From Candidatus Kerfeldbacteria bacterium (lineage in GTDB: Bacteria > Patescibacteriota > Patescibacteriia > SBBC01 > CAIJZX01): DNA of 64,000 nucleotides. The notes below the pieces were generated by a model. The model searched no databases. It was not told the DNA's origin and saw nothing but the letters and a program-made list of their open reading frames with translations. Shown here in pieces: positions 21,148 through 28,493 of the stretch (its first letter is position 1; each line of letters opens with the position of its first letter). Made by a program: the position numbers and the translations under genes. Location of the stretch: NCBI GenBank assembly GCA_016193315.1, contig JACPSJ010000001.1, positions 535,478 through 599,477 of the forward strand. Reading direction: 5' to 3'.

Positions 21148-21218
21148 ACCGATATAGCCTCATAGAATACGATAATCGTGCCTGAGCCCGCTATGCTGGA
21201 GATGCTAGCCTGGTCTCC

Positions 21219-22136
21219 TTACACCCGCAAATACCGCCCAATCGCAAACAGCGACGACAAGACCGATAGACCGCAGCCGACGACCACTTCCAGGCCGAGG
21301 ATCTGCCACAGGTGTTGCTGGACATAACCAAGGATGTTGACGTCGTAACCGGCGAAAAACTGACTGAAGAATGGGTTGGTGATAGTCAGAATGGGCACAA
21401 AAATAATCGTCGTGAAGAGGCTCGCCAGCAGCCCATAGAGGAGGCTGGTGACGACAAACGGACCGCGGACAAAGGCGTCTGATGCGCCGACCAGCTTCAT
21501 GATGCCGATTTCCTCGCGGTGGGCGTAAATCGTTACCCGGATGGCGTTAAAAACCATCAAGACCGCGATCAGGCCGAATAACAGCGTCAGCCACAACGAG
21601 GCGCCTTGGATGCGGCCGACAATCAGCGTCAACCGGTTAATAACCGTTTGATTCGTTTCAAATTCGCGACCAGTATCTTCAATGATCGTTTCGTACCGGT
21701 CGCTCTGGAGGAAGCGGGCGATGGCGTTGTAACCATCAAGTGTTTTGGCGGTGACGATCAGGCCAGCACCGAGCGGGTTTTCGCCGAGCGCTTCGATGGC
21801 AGCATTAATAAGGTTCGATTGTCCTTGCGACCGGCGGAGCAGTTCGAGTCGTTCGGCCCGACTGATCAGGTCTACCGATTCTACTTCCGGCCGGGCCAGT
21901 AGTTCCTGACGGACGGTCTCGACCCGGTCCTCCGAGGTGGTGGCCGTGAAGTAGACCGACAAATTCACTCGTTCCTTGACGGCCGTTAACGTCTGTTGCC
22001 CGACCACGTTCAGGCCGAGAACGACGCTCATCAGAAAGAGATTCAGGGTGACGATCAAGACAGTCACCAGCGATAACCAAATGTTCCGCCAGAAAGTCTG
22101 AACCCCGAAGACGATCATTCGACCGAGGGTGACCAT
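21219..22136 (-). CDS. ftsX: Cell division permease FtsX
   Basis: 4-TM layout, ENPL, FNAIRVTIYAHREEIGIMKLVGAS..FVRGPF, RYLRV end. Confidence 0.95.
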   Translation of the reverse strand: MVTLGRMIVFGVQTFWRNIWLSLVTVLIVTLNLFLMSVVLGLNVVGQQTLTAVKERVNLSVYFTATTSEDRVETVRQELLARPEVESVDLISRAERLELLRRSQGQSNLINAAIEALGENPLGAGLIVTAKTLDGYNAIARFLQSDRYETIIEDTGREFETNQTVINRLTLIVGRIQGASLWLTLLFGLIAVLMVFNAIRVTIYAHREEIGIMKLVGASDAFVRGPFVVTSLLYGLLASLFTTIIFVPILTITNPFFSQFFAGYDVNILGYVQQHLWQILGLEVVVGCGLSVLSSLFAIGRYLRV

Positions 22137-22216
22137 GCGGCTAGAGGACTAGTGAATTGACGCCCCGGAGCTGATGAGTCATGTGGCAGAGGTAACGGCG
22201 ACGAACAGACAACTGA

Positions 22217-22897
22217 TTAAAGGAGGTATTTGCCCGATCGCTGATCAGCAATGACGTGGCCGTGATCGAGGGTAATAACTCGCTTTCGCAGCATATTGAC
22301 GATTTCGCGGTTGTGGGTGACCAGGACCACGGTGGTGCCGAACTCGTTGATTTTTTTCAGCAGCGAGATGATTTCCTGGGCATTAATCGTGTCGAGGTTG
22401 CCGGTTGGTTCATCAGCCACCAATAATTTCGGTCGGTGAGCTAAGGCGCGGGCGATGACGACCCGCTGCTGCTCGCCGCCAGACACCTGATCCGGATAAC
22501 GATCTATCTTCTGCTCCAAACCAACGATCTTGAGCAGTTGCGGAACGACGGTCCGGATACTCCGCGTCGATTGACCAGCCACCTCGAGCGCAAAAGCGAC
22601 GTTCTCGAATAGGGATTTCTTCGGCAACAACTTGAAATCTTGAAAGACCACGCCGATTTGGCGCCGGAGGGTCGGCACTTCGTGGTGTTTGATATGCGTA
22701 ATGTCCCAGCCGCCGATGATGATCCGGCCTTTATCGACGCGCTCTTCGGCGATGATCAGTTTGGCCAGCGTCGTTTTGCCCGATCCGGACTGCCCGACGA
22801 CGGAAACAAACTCACCCGGTTCAATATGGATCGAGACGTCCTCCAGGCCGACGTTCTTCTTTTGATAGATTTTTGTAACGTGTTGAAAGGTGACCAC
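22217..22897 (-). CDS. ftsE: Cell division ATP-binding protein FtsE
   Basis: GQSGSGKTT, LRRQIGVVFQDFKLL, SGGEQQRV, ADEPTGNLD; likely GTG start at 22897. Confidence 0.95.
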   Translation of the reverse strand: MVTFQHVTKIYQKKNVGLEDVSIHIEPGEFVSVVGQSGSGKTTLAKLIIAEERVDKGRIIIGGWDITHIKHHEVPTLRRQIGVVFQDFKLLPKKSLFENVAFALEVAGQSTRSIRTVVPQLLKIVGLEQKIDRYPDQVSGGEQQRVVIARALAHRPKLLVADEPTGNLDTINAQEIISLLKKINEFGTTVVLVTHNREIVNMLRKRVITLDHGHVIADQRSGKYLL

Positions 22898-22907
22898 GGT
22901 GGACTCG

Positions 22908-24518
22908 TCACGATTCCCAACGGTGGTTGCGAAAGGCCCAGTTGATAACGGCCGCCGCATCGACAAAGCGCTGACGGGAAGAAGCTGAACCCATGATCGC
23001 GACCACCACCTGGCTGCCAGTTGTTCGGTCGGCCGTCCGGATGACATAGGTGTACTTGGCCTCGTCGAGGTAACCGGTCTTGCCGCCGGTAAAAATGAGC
23101 TGACGGTCGACCAGCCCACGGCCGAGCAACCAGTCGGTAGTCGGAATGGTGTGACTAAGGCCGGTGTTCAAAGTTCGGAAGTGATACACTCGGCGGGTGG
23201 TGACATAGCGAATGGGCTCATATTCGTGAAAAACCTGGGCCGCCAAGCGGGCTACTTCCTCGGCGGTTGAGACATTCCCCGGATCAAGGCCAGTGACATC
23301 CACGAACCGGGTTAAGCTTAGACCCCAGGCTTGAGCCTTGTTATTCATCCGCTCGATGAACTGCTCGCGGCTGAGACCAGTGCTGCGCGCCAAAGCGGTG
23401 GCCGCGTTGTTGGCCGAACCAACGAGCATGGCGTAGAACAGATCGCGCAGCTGCATCGTTTCACCGGCGGAAACGCGCAGGTAGCCAAAGGGCGTATCGT
23501 CGGTCGCCTGATACGTAAACGTGGTCCGGAGAGATGGCTTGAGGTCAAGAAACACCGCCGCGGTCATCAGCTTGGTAATACTGGCGATTGGGACTTGATC
23601 GGCGGTCCGATGCCCAGCCAGGAGTTGGCCAGAGATCTGGTCAAAAACTGCGAACGGTCGCGCGGCGATGCTTGGAAATGGCAAGCCGTTATTACCCACG
23701 ACCTTCAGTGGCGGCATGACATCTGCTTTCGACCGGACCGAACTCGTCACCGCGCCGAGGACCTGGGCCGCTCGTGGCGGCCCCACATTCACTCGCGTCA
23801 CCCCCACGTTACTGGTGCCGAGTGCGGCGTAGGCGGACCATGAGAGATCGATAATCCGACCGACCGGTTGACCCCAGCGGGACACGACAGTCACGTCAGC
23901 GGTCCGTCCAGTTTCCAGGCTGCGGACCCGAACCACCGTCCCCAGCGGCCAATCGTTTGAGGCCGCGTGGAATCGCGGGTAACGGCTTGAACAAGCCAGT
24001 CGGCAGTACCAACTGGCCAGACCCTCCTGTTGCTGTCGATCTTCAAGGATGACGTAGAGACCACGAAGTACACGTGTCGTCGCTTGACCAAAGCGGTGGT
24101 CGCGATCGAGGCTGGTGGGGAGCGCGAACCACTGCTGCTGGTCAAGATCGTACACCCAGACTTGACGGATCCAGTAGCTGCTCCCAAACGGTATAGCCAC
24201 GGCCAGTGGTCGCGGCTGGTCGGCTGTGAAGTGCTCGACGCCGTGAATCGACAAAGAATAAACGGCTCCGAGCTGGGCTCGATGATCGGGCAACGACGGC
24301 AGTGGCCCTCTAAAGCGCGCCCAGGTGACATCGGCTGGCCGCGGCAACGTATTGGGGAAGATCCCGGCCCGCGCCCCGTTAGGCAAGGCCAACGTCTTAC
24401 CCCAGCGGATGAGCGACGGATCGAAATGTAGGGTTGTTGACTCGGCGGCCTCGACAACGCCACCAAAGCCGAGCAGCCAAACGCTTGTCAGGGTCAGGCC
24501 GATAAGGTATAGTGGCAA
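22908..24518 (-). CDS. Secreted RlpA-like double-psi beta-barrel + peptidase S11 (D-Ala-D-Ala carboxypeptidase/endopeptidase) fusion; start uncertain
   Basis: GLASWY...RIIDLS (RlpA-like); ASITK (SxxK), SAN, KTG. The 726-aa ORF call overruns into the antisense of tRNA-Gly and its repeats. Confidence 0.85.
   Translation of the reverse strand: MPLYLIGLTLTSVWLLGFGGVVEAAESTTLHFDPSLIRWGKTLALPNGARAGIFPNTLPRPADVTWARFRGPLPSLPDHRAQLGAVYSLSIHGVEHFTADQPRPLAVAIPFGSSYWIRQVWVYDLDQQQWFALPTSLDRDHRFGQATTRVLRGLYVILEDRQQQEGLASWYCRLACSSRYPRFHAASNDWPLGTVVRVRSLETGRTADVTVVSRWGQPVGRIIDLSWSAYAALGTSNVGVTRVNVGPPRAAQVLGAVTSSVRSKADVMPPLKVVGNNGLPFPSIAARPFAVFDQISGQLLAGHRTADQVPIASITKLMTAAVFLDLKPSLRTTFTYQATDDTPFGYLRVSAGETMQLRDLFYAMLVGSANNAATALARSTGLSREQFIERMNNKAQAWGLSLTRFVDVTGLDPGNVSTAEEVARLAAQVFHEYEPIRYVTTRRVYHFRTLNTGLSHTIPTTDWLLGRGLVDRQLIFTGGKTGYLDEAKYTYVIRTADRTTGSQVVVAIMGSASSRQRFVDAAAVINWAFRNHRWES
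24485..24513 (+). promoter_or_regulatory. Sigma70-type promoter for tRNA-Gly, embedded in the opposite-strand CDS
   Basis: TTGTCA-17 nt-TATAGT ending 24 nt upstream of the tRNA. Confidence 0.7.
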
Positions 24519-24536
24519 GCGTTTCCTGATCAGCGG

Positions 24537-24610
24537 GCGGGTATGGTTTAGTGGTAAAACGTGACCTTCCCAAGGTCGAGTCGGGGGTTCGATTCCCCCT
24601 ACCCGCTCCA
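24537..24610 (+). tRNA. tRNA-Gly(CCC)
   Basis: GCGGGTA...TACCCGC-T-CCA; anticodon arm GACC-TTCCCAA-GGTC; T arm GGGGG-TTCGATT-CCCCC. Confidence 0.97.
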
Positions 24611-25075
24611 AATCATTCCCTTCGCCCAGATGAAAAATTGTGGCCAACGTTTGTATACTCTGCTTTAAGAATCGAAGGGCAGGAGCGATCCCGCCGAATG
24701 GCGGGAGAGCGTCCGCCGAGCCGCCAGTGGCGGGTCGGCGCTGCCCAGGGACGATTCCCCCTACCCGCTCTGACAAAAACGCGCGAGTCTGATCGTCTGA
24801 AGCCGACGGTGTTTGTATTCGCTGCATAAGGAATCGAACGGGCCGAGCACTTCTGCCAGCGGCCGGAGAGCGCCGACCCAGGCCCGAGTCCCGCCTCGAG
24901 CGGGACGAGTGGTCGATTCCCCCTACCAGCTCCAAAGAGTTTTCACCGGCACGATGAAATGTCAAAACCATTTTTTGAATACCCGACGTTAGGAATCGAA
25001 CCGGGTGAACCCAAAGTGCCTGCCCAAGTGGTAGAGAATGCCGGCTGGTATTCGTCAGTAGTGGCTTGAACTTTG
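24590..25075 (+). repeat. tRNA-Gly-linked array, three units with exact 162-bp period
   Basis: CGATTCCCCCTACC(C/A)GCTC at 24590/24752/24914; TTTG(T/A)AT at 24650/24812/24974; GAATCGAA at 24669/24831/24993. Confidence 0.88.
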
Positions 25076-25111
25076 TTTTCGCGCTCATGGGCGTGTTTCA
25101 AGATACCACGC

Positions 25112-25939
25112 TCAGCGGTCCTTGACAAGGAGCGGCCCCACGAACTGGTCGATGCGTCGCCCGAGTTCGGCTCGGAGTCCGGGGTCGCGAACCGGACGGT
25201 GAGTACTGGCCGACAAGACCACCAGCTGGTGTGGCGAGTTAGTCATCCGCTCAGACAGCACGGTCGCGCTCTGGGTAGCTACGTACGGGTCACCTTTGGT
25301 GCTCACGATCAAGGTTGGCACACGAAGCCGTGGTAGGGCCGGCCAGACAAAGGTGGCGATGAACCACTCTGTTTCCAGCAGTCCACCAATTGGCCAGCGG
25401 TCGAGCGACCCAATCTCCCGCATCCGGCGCCGATCCTCTGTGGTCAGGTTTGGTTTGTGATAGTACGGGGTAAACAGCCGGAGCCACCGTAAGCCAAGCC
25501 GTCGGAACCAAACCGCGCCGCGATAGCGGACTGGCGTATTCACCGTCACCACAGCCAACAGCTGTGCTGGAGCGTGGATGGCGTAGTCAATCGCGAGTGA
25601 GCCGCCAAACGAGAAACCCAGCAGCACAATCTGACGGCAACGCTGTTTCAGTAGTCGGGCCGCGGCAAAGACCGAGGCCCGCCAATCGGCGCTGTCGGTA
25701 CCGGCCAAGGTAGTGGGACCGCGTCCATGCCCAGCCACGGTCAAGCCGAGTATACTGTACCCTCGAGCTCGAAGATCGTGGGCCAGTTCACGGTAATCGC
25801 CGATGCTACCGCCGTAGCCGTGGATAATGAGAATCCCGACCGGTCCGGCCGGGAGCCAGAACGGTCGCGCCCCAGCAGACAGCCCGGTTGACTGACGGGC
25901 GATCCATGCGCTAATCTTGTCGCTGGCAGCCGTGTTCAT
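25112..25939 (-). CDS. Alpha/beta hydrolase (carboxylesterase-like)
   Basis: IIHGYGG, GHG, GFSFGG nucleophile elbow, DP and H catalytic positions. Confidence 0.88.
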   Translation of the reverse strand: MNTAASDKISAWIARQSTGLSAGARPFWLPAGPVGILIIHGYGGSIGDYRELAHDLRARGYSILGLTVAGHGRGPTTLAGTDSADWRASVFAAARLLKQRCRQIVLLGFSFGGSLAIDYAIHAPAQLLAVVTVNTPVRYRGAVWFRRLGLRWLRLFTPYYHKPNLTTEDRRRMREIGSLDRWPIGGLLETEWFIATFVWPALPRLRVPTLIVSTKGDPYVATQSATVLSERMTNSPHQLVVLSASTHRPVRDPGLRAELGRRIDQFVGPLLVKDR

Positions 25940-26096
25940 CGCCGTTGAAGCTTCCAGCCAACCTCAGTTGTCAGCTCCACAAGGTCCTCACCATGCTAGT
26001 CCACCGCCGTCAGCCAAACGCATTGCACGTTCGTCGACTGGCCACCCACCTTTAACCAAAACAAATACATTGGTAGACCCGCCCGCCCTGGCCTGA

Positions 26097-26283
26097 GCCC
26101 GCGTAGCTCAGTTGGTAGACCTGCCCGCCAAAGACCGAGCCCATGTAGCTCAACTGGTAGAGCAATCCCTTCGTAAGGGAAAGGTTGTCGGTTCGATTCC
26201 GACCATGGGCTTTTGGCGAGGGCAGGCGGGGCAATGCTTTCGTAAAGCAGAGGTCGTCGGTTCGATCCCGACCGCGGGCTCCA
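26097..26283 (+). tRNA. Interrupted (outer) tRNA-Thr(CGT): 26097-26119 + 26231-26283
   Basis: Joining the halves gives a 76-nt cloverleaf with acceptor GCCCGCG/CGCGGGC, anticodon arm TGCTT-TCGTA-AAGCA, T arm GTCGG-TTCGATC-CCGAC and CCA. Confidence 0.85.
26139..26211 (+). tRNA. Intact (inner) tRNA-Thr(CGT), no encoded CCA
   Basis: GCCCATG/CATGGGC acceptor, GCTC/GAGC D stem, TCCCT-TCGTA-AGGGA anticodon arm, GTCGG-TTCGATT-CCGAC. Confidence 0.95.
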
Positions 26284-26327
26284 GACGAGAGCAGGCAGGA
26301 AGCAAGCCCAGCGGGTCATCAGTCGTT

Positions 26328-27299
26328 TCAAGAGTTCGTCACTCGTCCCGCCCCCCGGTCCCATTGTAAACCCCGCACCCAGACGAACACTCGACGCTCC
26401 TGGAGATAACGTGTAATTGCGGCATCGACTGACGGGGCGGCAATAAAAATCTGCGCCACCCGGACTTCTCGTTCGCCTTCGACTTGACGTTCTCCCAAAA
26501 CGCTGATGATATGCCAGCCAAATTTCGTATGGATCAGATCGCTGGTCTGGCCGACCGGCAAACTCCAGGCCGCATCGTCGATGGCTTCATCCTGCTCGCC
26601 ACGTTTGATAAAGCCGAGGTCACCCCCATTCGGCGCATAGGCGTCCTCGCTATAGGTTTTGGCCAGCTCGGAGAATGACTGCTGACCGGCTTGGACCAGG
26701 GCGAACACGCGTTCCGCTTGGCGGCGTGCGGTCTGATTGAGGCGGTCGTCGAATGACAGTTGCTGACGCAGCTTGTCGCGGGCCACGGCCAGCCGAACGA
26801 CGTGGGCTTTGTACTGGGCCAGCGTCCATCCGTATAGCTTGGCGATAGTCCGGGTGGTGAGTGCCCGATCGCCGGCTTGCAGGATTTGGGCGGTGAAAGC
26901 TTGGTCAACGTCAGAGGTCGAAACTGTTACCCCCCAGCGCTCGAGCAGGGCCAAGGTAGCGGCCTGACGGACGAGCTTATCCAGTGCCGCCTGATCGACG
27001 CGAGCCGCGCCGACACCCGCGGCGCCGTCGGTCGAGCTGGTCGGCACAGCTTGTCGGTAGTGCTCAATCGCCTGACGTTCTTCGAGGAAGGTGTGGATCG
27101 GGATAACCCGCCAGCCGACGGTGGCCGCTGGGAGGGGGGTGTACCGTGTCACGCCAATGGCCAGCTGATCATGCCAGTCAAGACCGTAGACACCCGTGGC
27201 CACCCCGGCCACCCCCAGCAGAATCACCACCACCAGACTGACCAGCACTCGACGCCAACGGTGGATCATGGCGGCTCTCATTTGATCGAGGAAGGTCAT
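26328..27299 (-). CDS. SurA/PrsA-like parvulin peptidyl-prolyl isomerase
   Basis: N-terminal TM; FSELAKTYSED..GGDLGF; HTKFGWHII. Confidence 0.9.
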   Translation of the reverse strand: MTFLDQMRAAMIHRWRRVLVSLVVVILLGVAGVATGVYGLDWHDQLAIGVTRYTPLPAATVGWRVIPIHTFLEERQAIEHYRQAVPTSSTDGAAGVGAARVDQAALDKLVRQAATLALLERWGVTVSTSDVDQAFTAQILQAGDRALTTRTIAKLYGWTLAQYKAHVVRLAVARDKLRQQLSFDDRLNQTARRQAERVFALVQAGQQSFSELAKTYSEDAYAPNGGDLGFIKRGEQDEAIDDAAWSLPVGQTSDLIHTKFGWHIISVLGERQVEGEREVRVAQIFIAAPSVDAAITRYLQERRVFVWVRGLQWDRGAGRVTNS

Positions 27300-27308
27300 G
27301 GATGTATT

Positions 27309-27752
27309 TTACGTTGAAGATGAAGAATTGGGAACGCTTGGCGACCGACCGAAGAAATACTGCCACCACAGCCTGGCGGTCGACACCGGCGAGCGGCTGC
27401 CCCTGGGGGTCGTCGGCAAGCCATTGGTCTTCTCAGCATCCACGTTAACCGTCCCCGGCGGAACGACAATCACCCGCTCACCAGACTTTCGTAAACCGAG
27501 CTTCAGCCGAGCCTCCCGCTCTTGGTACGTTTGGCTCCGAAGATAGGTGATCAGTTCCGCCAGCTGTTCTTGCCGACGCTCTTCGTCGGTCACTTGCTGG
27601 CGCAAGCGTTGGACTTGCTGTCGGACCTGATCAGAACGCGCCGATTCGCGAATGATCGCCACCGTGAAGAGCACCACCAGGCTGCCGCTGACCACGACCA
27701 TCCACCAACTGAGCGTCGGTCGGTCCGGAGGTTGCCACCGCGAGCGACGCAT
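27309..27752 (-). CDS. Septum formation initiator (FtsB/DivIC family)
   Basis: TM + coiled coil + EREARLKLGLRKSGERVIVV; WWQYFF tail. Confidence 0.85.
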   Translation of the reverse strand: MRRSRWQPPDRPTLSWWMVVVSGSLVVLFTVAIIRESARSDQVRQQVQRLRQQVTDEERRQEQLAELITYLRSQTYQEREARLKLGLRKSGERVIVVPPGTVNVDAEKTNGLPTTPRGSRSPVSTARLWWQYFFGRSPSVPNSSSST

Positions 27753-28384
27753 TAGGGGCGACTCCTCTGACGGCCAGTCATGGGTCTAGTCGGTGCGGCG
27801 CGGCCGCTGCTGTCTGGGCTGGTTTGTTGCCACTCGATGATCGTCTTAACGAGTTCAGCGGCCGATGGCTGACCGCTTGATCGTTCGGCCGCCGCGCGGC
27901 GCTGGAGATCAGTGATCAACTGCTGGATAGTAACTGGATCCTTCACCCCGGACAGCTCGAGGTTGGTGGTCGTGCCGGCAGTCTGGACCACAATCGAGCC
28001 GAATCGGAAGAGCGTCTGCCACAAGCCGCGGCTAGCGTACCGAACGTCCTGAATTTTGTCATACGCGGCTTCAGCCACGGTCCGTTGAAAAAAACCTTGC
28101 TGGTCGATATCGATGATCCGTTGATTGGTGATGAGCAACACATTCCGCGACCACACATAGAGTGCGCGCAGACCGGACCAGACAGCGATGGCGAGGACGA
28201 CCCCAAAACCGAGCGCCCCCCAACCCCGCCATTGGAACCACCAGGCGAGCAGAAAGAAATCGGCCACCATCAACAAGCCACTGCCGACCAATGGCGGGAC
28301 GAGTGTCAGGGCGTAGGGACGGACGAGTTGGACTAGCTCTTCCCCCTCTTTCAGTTGTTTGCTAAGATAATTATGCCAGGGCAT
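27752..28384 (-). CDS. Membrane protein with bacterial PH domain
   Basis: Two TM helices; ITNQRIIDIDQQGFF, KIQDV, FGSIVVQTAG. Confidence 0.8.
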   Translation of the reverse strand: MPWHNYLSKQLKEGEELVQLVRPYALTLVPPLVGSGLLMVADFFLLAWWFQWRGWGALGFGVVLAIAVWSGLRALYVWSRNVLLITNQRIIDIDQQGFFQRTVAEAAYDKIQDVRYASRGLWQTLFRFGSIVVQTAGTTTNLELSGVKDPVTIQQLITDLQRRAAAERSSGQPSAAELVKTIIEWQQTSPDSSGRAAPTRPMTGRQRSRP

Positions 28385-28388
28385 ACCT

Positions 28389-28493
28389 ATGAAGCGACGT
28401 CATCTGGAGCGACTGTGGATCGTGCTGTCGATTATCATGATCGCCGGGATGATTATGTTTACCATTGGTCCAGCTCTCGGCTTCCTGATCTAG
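28389..28493 (+). CDS. 34-aa single-TM small protein (below ORF-track cutoff)
   Basis: MKRRHLERLWIVLSIIMIAGMIMFTIGPALGFLI*; exactly fills the intergenic gap. Confidence 0.6.
   Translation: MKRRHLERLWIVLSIIMIAGMIMFTIGPALGFLI

Larger units (their letters stand above)
26078..26299 (+). mobile_element. Putative tRNA-carrying 111-nt mini-element, two copies nested one inside the other
   Basis: 19-nt left arms 26078-26096 and 26120-26138; 19-nt right arms 26212-26230 and 26281-26299; both left arms follow TTGGTAGA; mobility is inferred. Confidence 0.65.

Noticed and set aside
21160-21162. In-frame TGA as evidence of genetic code 25 or 4
   Set aside because: TGA ends many clear genes here (ATGA overlaps) and core genes are full length under code 11.
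24590-25075. CRISPR array interpretation
   Set aside because: The repeat is a tRNA 3' fragment, the period is 162 bp and no cas genes are in the window.
24519-25088. 190-aa N-terminal extension of the 726-aa ORF
   Set aside because: It is the antisense reading of tRNA-Gly and the 162-bp repeats (recurring ERVGGI); the signal peptide begins near 24518.
25996-26409. Several 60-122-aa ORFs over the tRNA-Thr locus
   Set aside because: Shadow translations of tRNA sequence.
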